Counted from the first letter of the stretch, positions 10,069 through 20,518 are shown. The stretch is DNA of 64,000 nt from an uncultured delta proteobacterium (GCA_963755715.1 CAVWLW010000059.1:203910-267909), one strand, 5' to 3'. Made by a program: numbers and translations. Notes: generated by a model from the sequence alone, not told the origin.

Positions 10069-12454
10069 CCGATTGTGGCGCCTGGAACAAATTTCGAAGA
10101 GAGTTTTAAAATCGCCACCGAGAAACTTCACACCTACTGCGCCATGTGCACGTCTCGTTGCGGCGTCGTGGCGACGGTCGAGGACGGCAAGCTAACGCAA
10201 GTCAATGCCGATCCCGCGCACCCGAATGGCTGTATCTGCGTCAAGGGCGCCGCCGCGCCGGAGATCGTCTATTCCCCCGATCGCGTGCAATACCCGATGG
10301 TGCGCACGCGGCCTAAAGGCGATCCCGACCCCGGTTGGGTGCGCATCACGTGGGATCAGGCGCTCAATCTAATCGCGCTCAGGCTGACCGATATCAAAGA
10401 CAACTACGGTCCCGAAGCCGTAGTCTTTTCGCGCGCCACTACCGCAGGCAGCGCGGCGATCGACTTCGACGGCTGGCTGCAACGTCTGGCCAACGCCTTC
10501 GGCAGCCCGAATCTTTTGACGTCGAACCACATCTGCACCTGGAATCGCCGCATCGGCTCCAAATACACCTACGGCACCGGAATGCCGCTCCCCGACTTCG
10601 ACAATACCCAGTGCATGCTGCTATGGGGCATCAATCCAACGGCCACCTCGCCTGCGCAGGCGGTGCGAATCAATCGAGCCAGAAACCGCGGCGCAAAGTT
10701 AATCGTCATCGATCCGCGCAAAACAACTTTGGCAGCAAAGGCCGATTGCTGGCTGCGCGTGAAGCCCGGCACAGACGGCGAGCTCGCGATGGCGATGATC
10801 CACGTGCTTCTCGAAGAAAATCTTTTCGACGCAGAATTCGCGCGCAGATGGACCAACGGAACGTTTTTGGTGCGCTCCGATAACAATCAATTGCTGACCG
10901 AAGCCGATTTAGCGGCGCAAGGAGAATCCAACGGATGGATGATTTGGAACGAACGAAGTAACTCGCCTGCTAGTTACCGCGTTGATCAATCTGAAACTGC
11001 TCCGGCATTGTTCGGCACGTTTGCCTTAAGACTGGCCGACGGCACAAGCCGTCGAATGCCGGCCGGCGTTGCAACTGCTCAAAGACGCCGCCGCGCGATT
11101 TGCGCCGGAAGTTTCGGAAAGCATCACCACCGTCCCTGCGGAGGAAGTTAGAAAGGCAGTGCGGCTATTCGCCAACGAAAAGCCATCGACCTATTGCACC
11201 TGGGTCGGCCTCGAACAGGACAACGACGCGATGCAAACCAATCGCGCGGTTTGTATCTTCTACGCGCTCACGGGCCAGTACGATCAGCGGGGCAGCAACG
11301 TGCTCTTCGCGACGACGCCGACAAGCTCAATCACCGGCCGCGAACTGCTTCCAAAACAAAAAGCCGACCTGCGGCTCGGCCGGGAAAAACATCCACTCGG
11401 TCCAAACGCCGATCCGGGTCTCGTGCAAGCCGCCGAAGTCTACGATGCGATCATTACAGGCCAGCCCTATCCGATCAAAGCCATGGTTCTGTTCGGGACG
11501 GACCCACTACTCGGCCACGGCGATCCGTTGCGCGGCAAGGCCGCCATCGAAGCATTGGATTTCTATGTGCACGTCGACACAATAATCAATCCGAGTGCGA
11601 TGTTCGCGGACGTAATTCTGCCTGCTGCGACCTGCTGGGAGCGCGAGGCTCTGATGCCGTCGTTCGAAATGGCCGAGGACACGCTCAATTGGGCGCAACT
11701 GCGTCCGGCCGTTGTAAAACCGCTGCACGAATCGCGATCCGATACCGAGATCATTTTTGATTTAGCGAAACGGTTGGGTCTCTCGGAACAATTTTTCAAT
11801 GGCGACATCGACACCGCATTGAATTATCAATTGGCGCCGTCGGGAATCTCCGTTCAGCAACTAAAAGAACACCCGGTAGGAATGCGCTCGAACGCGCGCA
11901 CACGCCACAAGAAGCACGCAGAGACGGATGCCAATAGCGGACGACACCGCGGTTTCGACACGCCGACCGGCAAGATCGAGATTTACTCGACAACCTTTGC
12001 AAGCGCGGGCTATCCGCCTCTGCCGAAGTTCGAAGCAACGGATATTACGAGCGATCAATACCCGCTCACGCTGACTTTTTTCCGAGACATCCATTTCTGC
12101 GACGAACAGCATCGCAACGTCCCACGACTCCGCCGCGCGATTCCAGACCCAAAACTGGAAATCCATCCGAGCACCGCCAGTGCTCAGGAAATCAAAGATG
12201 GCGACTGGATCTTTTTGGAAACCGCAACCGGAAGAGTGAAACTCAAAGCAAAGTTCAACGAGTCGCTTCATCCAAACGTAGTCACGACAGTGTACGGATG
12301 GTGGCAAGCGTGCCAAGAGCTAAAACTCAAAGGTCATGATCCGTTCAGCGAAAACGGCGCAAATACAAACCTGCTCGTTCCCAACACTGACGTCGACCCA
12401 ATCAGCGCGTCAGTCGCGCATCGCGCGCAACGCTGTCGGATAACAATCGGTTAA
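10063..12454 (+). CDS. Molybdopterin (Mo/W-bisPGD) oxidoreductase with N-terminal 4Fe-4S cluster, DMSO reductase family (frameshift near 11050; start uncertain)
   Basis: CAMCTSRC...C motif, LLWGINP, GAKLIVIDPR, ADVILPAA and C-terminal dinucleotide-binding domain; no Tat signal. Confidence 0.9.
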
Positions 12455-12748
12455 TCCACCCGACAATGTCGCAGGTATATCGGAGATATACTGACCAGGT
12501 ATATTGAAATGACTACGAGCGGAGACTGATTGACAACTTGTTGATCGAAAAGCTAAATTTCGTCAATCCGTGATTTTTGGACTCGGTAATATAAAGATAC
12601 AATAAAGATCGGCAAAAGGAATATGAGCAGACCACCAGCCACGACACGATGACTCATCGCATTACGATACAGCAGTTTGCACACAGCAGCAGGCACGTTC
12701 GGCGCTGGCGGACGTTTGCAAGCGGGGCGACATTCGTAGGGAGGTGCG

Positions 12749-13991
12749 ATGTTTGGGGACGTTTTCTTGCTCGAGCGCGATGGCTCGGCGGCTGTTCGTG
12801 CGGAACGACTTGCGTTCGGAGAAACTGCCGGGCGCAACGAAGCGTGGCTGCGCGACACGCTGTTTGCGTACCCCGATCTACTTCCGCTGCGCGATATTGA
12901 CCCCTCGTTCGGACCCTTGACTCCACTGTGTACAGAATTTCGGACAGAAGCGGGACCGTTGGACATCGCTTTCATCAATCGGTTCGGACGCTTGACTCTT
13001 GTCGAGTGTAAGCTTTGGCGTAACCCGGAAGCTCGACGAAAAGTTGTGGCACAGGCGCTGGACTACGCCAGAGCCGTCAGCCGCTGGTCATATTCGGACC
13101 TGCAGCGTCAGGTCGCTGCAGCTTCGGGTCGCCATGGCAACGTTCCATTCGAGAAAGCACGCTAGCGCGGAACCCAGAACTCAACGAGCAGCAGTTCGTA
13201 GACGACACGACTCGTGCCATGCGTTCGGGCCGCTTTCTGCTTATCATCGCTGGAGACGGCATCCGTGAAGACGTCAGCGGCATGGCGGAGCTGATAAACC
13301 GCAACGCGACGTCCGCCTTTTCCTTTGCTCTTGTTGAGGTCGCACTGTATGGGTTCGAGCGAGTCAAGTCTCGCGATTCAGCCACGAGTCATAGCGAAAA
13401 CGCAGATTATCGAAAGAACGGTTGTAGTAGTACAACATGCGGGGCAGCCTCTCGCGATGACCGTGTCTGAAGAGCCCGATGTCGAGGAATCGGGCGACGC
13501 TTCCAGCGCTGTCGTGCGCAATGAGTTGGGCGAGAGTCCAACACAAGCCCAGTACCGAGCTTGGTGGACGCCCGTCATCAATGCGTCCTTTGACGATCCC
13601 GATCAAGAGCCCGCCAGACTCTACTGGCCCAATAACGTACGGATATCCCTGCCTTGGCCCACGAGGGTGTGGGCTTACCGCATATCGCTCCGGTGGAGAC
13701 GCCGGAACGATCGGCGTTGCGACAAACGGAACCGAGCCTGGCTACAGCGAAATGATTTCAGCGCTCGAAGCGCAGAAAGAGGCCATCGTCGCTGAACTGC
13801 CGGAGGGTACGACGTTTCGACCATCCCACAGTGGCAAAAGTGTCACGATTAGCACACAAAGGAGAGCGTCAGAGTTCACGACGGACGATGAGATGCGCCG
13901 TTGGCTAGCATCGACGTTGAATTCCTACGTCAATGCATTGCGACCAAGGCTCAAGGCCCTTATGCAGGAGCAACGTCTCGAGCAGCTCTGA
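12749..13991 (+). CDS. PD-(D/E)xK nuclease-like (NucS/restriction-type) protein, broken by about 3 frameshifts
   Basis: PLDIAFI...LVECKL...ARRKVVAQALDYA motif, continuing through ORFs 13219, 13325 and 13479. Confidence 0.6.
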
Positions 13992-14091
13992 GGCGCGGGA
14001 GCGTACGATGGCCGGCATGAAAGCTCGTGGCGTTTTCGGCCGCCATGGTCTTGGACCTCTTCGTTCGTGAACTCCCAATGGCGGATGAACT

Positions 14092-14158
14092 GGCTAACAT
14101 GGCATGCAGCCGACGGCGGATCGAGCATGCGCGCCGCGGCTCATGCCTGGCGTTAGCC
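14092..14158 (+). mobile_element. Integron attC recombination site
   Basis: GGCTAAC...GTTAGCC ends; arms GGCATG(C)AGCCG(A)CGGCG versus CGCCGCGGCTCATGCC, with two extrahelical bases. Confidence 0.75.
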
Positions 14159-14188
14159 CTAATAAATAATCTCAACTAGGATTGAAGA

Positions 14189-14590
14189 ATGCTGAAGACA
14201 TATAAAGGCAGTTGTCATTGCGGCGCGGTTCGCTTTGAGGCGGACATTGATTTGAGTGCGCCGACCTACAGGTGCAACTGCTCAATCTGCTCAAGAAACC
14301 GATTTTGGCCGGCAATAGTAAAGCCGGACGCGTTTCGTCTTATTTCCGGAGAGTCGGAGCTAACCAAATATTTGTTCAACACCAAGCGCAACGAGCACTA
14401 TTTCTGCAAACACTGCGGGGTGCGGCCTTTTGGCATTGGCAACGCGCCGGACGTCAACCGAGTTTACGGAGTCAATTTAGGGTGTCTTGAAGATGTCACG
14501 CCCGAAGAGCTTGCCGCCGCGCCGATCGTTTACGTCGACGGCAAGCATGACAACTGGCATTCGGCACCAGCCATCACAAGTTATTTGTAA
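14189..14590 (+). CDS. GFA (glutathione-dependent formaldehyde-activating/CENP-V) family protein
   Basis: [14 protein letters not shown] and FCKHCG motifs. Confidence 0.92.
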   Translation: MLKTYKGSCHCGAVRFEADIDLSAPTYRCNCSICSRNRFWPAIVKPDAFRLISGESELTKYLFNTKRNEHYFCKHCGVRPFGIGNAPDVNRVYGVNLGCLEDVTPEELAAAPIVYVDGKHDNWHSAPAITSYL

Positions 14591-14649
14591 AGCCCAACAA
14601 TTCGCGGCCTAAACGGCCGTCATCTTAACCGAGACCTTTAACGCACTCC

Positions 14650-14769
14650 TCAATTCAGCGCTAGAAACAATTCCGCCACTGCCATCTTCTTCGCCATCAA
14701 CTCCTGATCCAGCGAATAGCCGACAAACCCTTCCAGATTCGCGCGATTATTTTTAAAACCGCACGGCCA
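14650..14769 (-). pseudogene. Diverged duplicate of the 3' end of the gene at 15548-16516
   Basis: Reads WPCGFKNNRANLEGFVGYSLDQELMAKKMAVAELFLALN* versus WPYGLEKNRANLERFVGYSLDQGLMAKKMAVEELFLPIN*. Confidence 0.85.
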
Positions 14770-14855
14770 GCGTTGAAGCTCACGCGATTTGTTGATCTAG
14801 CGCGCAACTTTGGGCGCAGTATTGCAATCGCTATCGGCAACCAAATTTGGGGTTG

Positions 14856-15194
14856 CTACTTTTCTAGTTCTTTCAAAATTTCTGCGATTCGAGTCTTTAA
14901 AATCGGCAAGTTCTTCTGGGTGATTTCCCACACCGCGTTGACGTCAACACCCATGTAATCGTGAATGAGAACGTCACGCAGGCCGGCGATACGCCGCCAG
15001 GGCACATCTTTGTGTTGGGAGCAAAGTGCTTTTGAAAGTCTCTTGGTCGCCTCGCCGATGATTTCTAACTGTCGAACGACGGCGTCCTGCCAGTGGGAAG
15101 TTGCAAGAAACACATCGCGACCAACGGCGACGTAGATTTCTATCTTTTCAATAGCGTCCAGGATATGACGGAGGTAAAGTTGGTCGCCTTTCAC
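14856..15194 (-). CDS. hepT: HEPN/DUF86 RNase toxin
   Basis: YLRHILDAI, LEIIGEA and RDVLIHDY (R-x4-H) motifs. Confidence 0.9.
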   Translation of the reverse strand: MKGDQLYLRHILDAIEKIEIYVAVGRDVFLATSHWQDAVVRQLEIIGEATKRLSKALCSQHKDVPWRRIAGLRDVLIHDYMGVDVNAVWEITQKNLPILKTRIAEILKELEK

Positions 15195-15481
15195 AGGCTA
15201 ACAGCGTCCTTGAGGACTTGATCGCGGATGTGCGGACTCACGGCGTCTTCGGTGACGACGTCAACTGCGCAACCGAGCAGATCTTCGAGGTCCTGCTTAA
15301 CGGCTATTAGATCGAGGAGGGTACGTCCAGGATCCAAATTGATCAAAAGATCCAAGTCACTTGCCGGAGTGGTTTCGCCTCGCGCAACCGAGCCGAAAAC
15401 GCGCAAATTCCGCGCGCCATGATTTGCGGCAACCTTGATTATATCGTTCCGCTTATTCCTAAGTTCAGCGCCAGAAATCAT
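15191..15481 (-). CDS. mntA: Minimal nucleotidyltransferase antitoxin
   Basis: VFGSVARGE...SDLDLL (GS-x10-DxD) motif; 4-nt overlap with the HEPN gene. Confidence 0.9.
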   Translation of the reverse strand: MISGAELRNKRNDIIKVAANHGARNLRVFGSVARGETTPASDLDLLINLDPGRTLLDLIAVKQDLEDLLGCAVDVVTEDAVSPHIRDQVLKDAVSL

Positions 15482-15547
15482 ACCGAATCCTCGCCGCAAT
15501 TGTATGTAATCCACGCTCGTCTGACAAGCTGCTAAAGCATGCGGCGT

Positions 15548-16516
15548 TTAATTTATCGGTAAAAACAACTCCTCCACCGCCATCTTCTTCGCCATCAATC
15601 CCTGATCCAAGGAATATCCGACAAATCTTTCCAGATTCGCACGGTTTTTTTCCAAGCCGTACGGCCACGGATCGGGTCCTAGAAGTTTTTCTTCTTCCTC
15701 GAAAGCCTGCCTGCCCCAGGCAAGCCACGACCAGTTCGGATCGGCGTAGAACTCGCGGCAGATTTTTTTCGCTTCGCTGAACGCGTTGAATAGACTTTGC
15801 GCGGCTTCGGGATATTTTTTCAGGACATCGTCTTTAAATGCGACCACGTGCATGATCGGAAAAAAACCGTTCTTTTTGTAGTAGCGCAGGTCTTCGGCCT
15901 TCGGATCCTCGAACAGGCGGCGGATTTTTGTCGAGCCGCGCAGCACCGGTTTCGGCGGATGCGGCGTCATCATGGCGCTGATCTCGCCCGACTCGAGCAG
16001 CTTGCCGGCGTCAGTGCCGTCGGCCAATTGATCTATCTTGACGCCCTTCTCCGGCTCGAACGGTATGTTGTCTTTCTTGTTGAGAACCCAATGGATTTTG
16101 CGCCACGGCACTTCGAATTCGCTCTGCAAATCGCCTTTGGATAACGTGGCGAGGGTGTTTTGAAAACTATGCAGCCCGACCTTCTTGCCGATTAAATCGA
16201 TGGGCCGTTCGATTCCCGCCTCGATATTCACCCACATCTGCGACAAGCTAAATAAACGCCGTGGAAAAACCGGAATCGCCGTGAACGGCATGCCGCGGCT
16301 TTTCGCCATCAAATAAGACGACAGCGACAACTCGGCCGCGTCGAACTCGGCCTTCTGCAGCATGCGCTCGTGGCGCTCCTCGCCGTCGCGCTGGCGGTCG
16401 GATTGGCCGACGATCAAAACATTGAGATCGATGGCTTCAGGTTGAACCGTGCCGTCGAAAAACGGCACGTGCCGGTCGTAGTGTGATAATGCGATAGTGA
16501 GTTTTGGTTTTGACAT
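15548..16516 (-). CDS. 4,5-dihydroxyphthalate decarboxylase-like protein (periplasmic-binding fold)
   Basis: YDRH, EFDAAELSLSSY, AIPVFPRR, FPIMH and DPWPYG motifs; start set at MSKPK. Confidence 0.8.
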   Translation of the reverse strand: MSKPKLTIALSHYDRHVPFFDGTVQPEAIDLNVLIVGQSDRQRDGEERHERMLQKAEFDAAELSLSSYLMAKSRGMPFTAIPVFPRRLFSLSQMWVNIEAGIERPIDLIGKKVGLHSFQNTLATLSKGDLQSEFEVPWRKIHWVLNKKDNIPFEPEKGVKIDQLADGTDAGKLLESGEISAMMTPHPPKPVLRGSTKIRRLFEDPKAEDLRYYKKNGFFPIMHVVAFKDDVLKKYPEAAQSLFNAFSEAKKICREFYADPNWSWLAWGRQAFEEEEKLLGPDPWPYGLEKNRANLERFVGYSLDQGLMAKKMAVEELFLPIN

Positions 16517-16571
16517 GCAACACTCCTTGGAATTTATCGACGTCGAGTCGGAAACGGTCGAAGGTTTGGTA

Positions 16572-16758
16572 GTCATCCCGAGCGAATGCGAGGGATCTAA
16601 GAAAGATTTCTCCTGCGGCAGACTGTGTAAAAACTCTCTGAGCCTTCGACGATGCTCAGGGCGAACGGATAAGTACTCAATTTCTAATGAGTACACCGTT
16701 CGTGGTGAGCCTAGTCGAACCATGAACGGTGTTTTACACAGCTGGCGGTCGAAATGAC
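16572..16758. repeat. REP-like doublet interrupted by a MITE
   Basis: GTCATCCCGAGCG..GGATCT..GAAAGATTTCTCCTGCGG | insert | GCGGTCGAAATGAC. Confidence 0.75.
16619..16744. mobile_element. 126-bp MITE with GCGG target-site duplication
   Basis: Ends CAGACTGTGTAAAAAC / GTTTTACACAGCTG; GCGG at 16615-16618 and 16745-16748. Confidence 0.75.
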
Positions 16759-16766
16759 ATACGCTA

Positions 16767-18090
16767 TTACGCTACGGTCATGAGTTTCGTAAGTTCGCGA
16801 GTGCTCGTCAGCGATTCGATGCGCCGAATCGAATCGATAATCTGATCGACGTTCTTCTTACCCAAGATCGGCTCCATCAACCACGCCGCTTTCTTTTCCA
16901 CTTCGTCCGGGCTCATCGGATTTTCCGGACGGCCGCGGCAGTTGATGACGTGTTCGCGCAGCGTTTGCCCGTCCTTCAATGTGACTTCAACCAGTCCCTG
17001 AAAGCGGTGGCCCGAGCGCTCCATCTCATTGTCGCCGACCAACTGAACTTTATCTTTCAGGGCCAACACGCGCGGGTTTCGAAAGCGCTCGTAATCATGC
17101 GCCATCTCGAAAGTGAGCTTGCCTTCGAGCAAGATCGCCGAAACCATGAATTGCACGTTAACGTCGGGCATATGCCGGTTGTTGACCGTGCGCGCGCCGC
17201 TTTCGGGAATGCGCACGGTCACTTTTTCGATTTGCTCGGGATTGATAGCTTGCTTTGAAAGCAGCGCCAGCGTCGCGTCGACGGTCTCCATCATCGGCGA
17301 GCCGACGGGATATTTTTTCACCAAACAGCTGGTGATCGTGAACCGCTGGCCAAGCTCGCTAAGTATTTTTGCCGGATCGCACGGCGCGTAGGTCTTGATG
17401 ATGCCCTGGTCGCCTTCGAGCACGTCGCGATTACCCGTGAACCCGGATTGAATCAAGAGCGCAGCCGTAACGCCGTTGCGCGCCGGCATCGCGGCGTAGT
17501 CGAAAGCTTTCTCGATGTGATCGTCGTCTCCCACCCAAGCGCGCGAACCGGAAGCTTGCTGCGCCGCGTAGGAAATAAGATAGCGCAGGTGTAAATCATC
17601 CAATTCCGCCAACGCGCCTGCCGCCGCGGCGCTACCGAACGTGGCGCCGAAGCTGGTTGAACGTGGTTCAAACGCCTGATGAAAACGAAATCCAATGTCG
17701 TAACCGAGAATCACGGCGCGCAACAGCGCTTCACCGCTCCGATTCTGCGACTCGGCGACCGCCAGTGCCGCGGGCACGATCGCACAACCGGGATGGAGTT
17801 GGCTGTTCGAGTCGTCGGTCTCATCGGCATGGCCCGACATGCCGTTGGCGAAAGCGGCTAAGATCGGCGTGGTTTTCAAGTTCGATCCGAGCACGCTGCA
17901 TTCTTCTCTGCCGCCTTGTTGGCGCGCGTGCTGCAAGCCGAGTTTCCCCGGCTTCAAAGTCGAGCCTGAAACGATCGCGGCCAGCGAATCCAAAAGATGG
18001 CTTTTGCCTTTTTGAATCACTTCCTCCGGCAGCTTTGCGTCGCCGCGCCGCGAGCATATATTCAACCAAAGAATCGACGATCTTGGCCAT
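16767..18090 (-). CDS. MmgE/PrpD family protein (frameshift near 18055)
   Basis: LLDSLA, AFANGMSGHADETDD, HPG, KKYP and RGRPENPM motifs. Confidence 0.88.
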
Positions 18091-18259
18091 GTCACCTCCG
18101 ATGATGCATTCCCGCTTAAAACTGATCTGCTCTATAATCCATAGTGCCGCGCATCATCGGCTGTCAAGATTACGTTGACACTACTTCCAACGCTGCGCTA
18201 TATGCCGGGGAGAACGAAATGCCAATTTGTGTGACGCGCACGGGTTCATGGAGGTTTTT

Positions 18260-19804
18260 GTGAATCGAAAGCTCAGACAATGGAGTCGAAGAGAGTTTCT
18301 CAAAAAGAGCGCTTCCGCCGGGGCGGTGCTTTCGATCGCGCCTTTCGCCGGAGCAAAAACCGCGCGGGCGCAAGGTTCGTCTCGTAACCGCATTACCGTC
18401 GCGCACGGCGTCGGCGTTTATTCTTTGAACCCTTACGCGGTGAATACCTCTCCTTTACAGGCCGTCTGGGGATCGATCATGGAGCCGCTGATCGACGCAG
18501 ATTATGAAAAGCGCGGTTACCGCGGCATCTTGGCCGAGTCCTGGCAGATGAAGGGCACGAAGCTCCAATTCAAGCTCCGTAAAGGCATTCGCTTTCATGA
18601 CGGCGCACCGTTCACGAGCAGAGACGTGCTCGCTTCGTTCAAACGCATACTGACCGATAAACAGAGCCTTCAAGCGCCCAATCTGCAAAACATCGCGGAA
18701 ATGGACGCTCCGGACGATCACACGGTCATCCTGACTCTCAAGAAAGCCGATGCGAACGCTCTCGAGGACATCAACAGCCGCGTCGTCATGAAACAGTCGA
18801 TCGCGGAAAAGATGGGCGAGGCGGACAATCGGCCGATCGGAACGGGTCCATTCAAATTTACCAGTTGGGAAAGAAGCGGCCAGTTCGTTCTCCGGCGCAA
18901 CGAGAGTTATTGGGGTCAAGCGCCAAAAATTGATGAAGTCATTTACAAAGCGATTCAGGAAGACGGGGCGCGCATCGCCGCGCTCGAGGCGGGTCAGGCG
19001 GATATAATCAGCAACATTCCGCCGCACGAGGTCGCCCGTCTAAAAGCCAATCCGCGTATCCGCGTTCAGCAAGTGCAGGGATTGCGGCCGATTTTTTTGG
19101 TGCTGAGCCCGGCTTATAAGCCGCTCGACAATCCGAAAGTCCGCCGCGCCATCACCCACGCGATCGACCGGGAACGAATCATCAAACATATTCTGGAAGG
19201 CTACGCTTATCCATTGAGCGGGCTCTTGAGTCCGCAGGTTTTCGGCTACGAGCCGAGCGCCAAGGCTTATTCGTACGATCCGGAAAAGGCGAAGCAGCAA
19301 TTGACCGAAGCAGGTTTCGCCAATGGATTTGAGATCGATTATTACAGCCCGACGGGGCGCTATCCGAAGGATCGCGAAGTCGCGCAAGTCATCGTCGAGC
19401 AACTTTCCAAAGTCGGAATCAGGGCCAATCTGAAAACGCCGGAATGGAGTATCTTCAATACCGACTACAAGAATGGCAAATACCCGATGTACCTGACCGG
19501 CCGGGGCAGCCTGACGGATGCCGACACGTTGTTCCAGCAGTATTTTAGAACCGGAATGACCAGGCGAACATTAGGATACAGCAACCCGAAATTGGACGAA
19601 ATCCTCGAGATGCAGCAGCTAACTTTTGACGTCAGAAAGCGGGAAAAGCTTCTTTGGGAAGCTCATCGGCTCATTTTAGAGGATGCTCCGGCTGTGCCGC
19701 TGTGGAATGCTATGGACGTATACGCGTATCGCGCTGATCTCGTCTGGACGGCCCCGCCGGATGAGAAAGTGCAGTTGAAAGACGCCCACTTGAAAACGAA
19801 ATAA
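18260..19804 (+). CDS. ABC substrate-binding protein, family 5 (peptide/nickel), Tat-exported
   Basis: SRREFLK Tat motif; LAESW, FKLRKGIRFHDG and IGTGPF motifs; GGAGG RBS before GTG. Confidence 0.9.
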   Translation: MNRKLRQWSRREFLKKSASAGAVLSIAPFAGAKTARAQGSSRNRITVAHGVGVYSLNPYAVNTSPLQAVWGSIMEPLIDADYEKRGYRGILAESWQMKGTKLQFKLRKGIRFHDGAPFTSRDVLASFKRILTDKQSLQAPNLQNIAEMDAPDDHTVILTLKKADANALEDINSRVVMKQSIAEKMGEADNRPIGTGPFKFTSWERSGQFVLRRNESYWGQAPKIDEVIYKAIQEDGARIAALEAGQADIISNIPPHEVARLKANPRIRVQQVQGLRPIFLVLSPAYKPLDNPKVRRAITHAIDRERIIKHILEGYAYPLSGLLSPQVFGYEPSAKAYSYDPEKAKQQLTEAGFANGFEIDYYSPTGRYPKDREVAQVIVEQLSKVGIRANLKTPEWSIFNTDYKNGKYPMYLTGRGSLTDADTLFQQYFRTGMTRRTLGYSNPKLDEILEMQQLTFDVRKREKLLWEAHRLILEDAPAVPLWNAMDVYAYRADLVWTAPPDEKVQLKDAHLKTK

Positions 19805-19870
19805 CTGCAACGGCGCAGGAGCATTTCGAATCGTTTGTTAATCCGCAGGTCAATAATGGGGTCAACGGAA

Positions 19871-20413
19871 CTACGCCGAGTTGGACGCGATCGATTTCCC
19901 GCAGCAGCGTTTGCGGCGTCGGCCGGTCCGCCGGATCCCGACTGCGATAGGCGTAAAGAACGTTTCCCCTGCTATCGAGTAAAAAATCACCGCCCGATTG
20001 ATAGATATCTTCGCCGCCATAAGGCTCTTGCTTCAGTCCCCGCCGCCATAGCTTGAAATACAACTTCAACACCGGTGGCGAAAAGACTCGAAACCAGGAA
20101 AACCGTTTTAGCTCGAAGGCGCTGGTAAACCTTTCGCTGCGGGTCCGCGAGAATCGTGAATGGCCAACGATGCTGTTCTTGATAAGGCACGAGCCTGCTC
20201 GGGCTCGGCGAAAGAAATAATCACGACGGAGACGCCGCGGCGGTCGAATTCGGATTTGGCTAACGCCACCTCGCCGAGGTGGGCCTGGCAAGGAAGTCAT
20301 GCGAGGTGACGAAGAAAGATCAGCAGCGCAGGATTGACTACACAAGTCGAAAGTTTGACCGGATTGCCGCTAAGATCCAGCAGGGTCAACTGATCCAATG
20401 CGACTTTTTCCAT
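19871..20413 (-). CDS. Probable selenoprotein, peroxiredoxin-like AhpC/TSA (SelL/SelU-related), UxxC motif; two downstream indels, 3' end uncertain
   Basis: MEKVALDQLTLLDLSGNPVKLSTCVVNPALLIFLRHLA-TGA-LPCQAHLGEV...; continues to ILADPQRKVY, QSGGDFLLD and DPADRP. Confidence 0.75.
20266..20282 (-). promoter_or_regulatory. Candidate bacterial SECIS hairpin
   Basis: On the minus strand CCACCTC-GGC-GAGGTGG; apical loop starts with G, 21 nt after the UGA at 20297-20299. Confidence 0.55.
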
Positions 20414-20460
20414 TCAACGCAGCATGAAGATGAACGCGAGGCGTGGAGTTTCGGACAAAT

Positions 20461-20492
20461 AAAAAGGGGCGCCCCGACCTAGCGCCCCTTTT
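20461..20492. terminator. Intrinsic terminator after the RRM gene
   Basis: AAAAGGGGCGC...GCGCCCCTTTT hairpin with A/T tails on both sides. Confidence 0.75.
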
Positions 20493-20518
20493 CGCAGTCA
20501 CGATCTATTAATTCGAAA

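Noticed and set aside
13163-13165. In-frame TAG as pyrrolysine or read-through in the nuclease gene
   Set aside because: The protein continues in a different frame, so this is an indel rather than stop recoding
16517-16723. N-terminal extension of ORF 15548-16723
   Set aside because: It is a translation of the nested repeats; the true start is MSKPK at 16516 with an AAGGAG RBS
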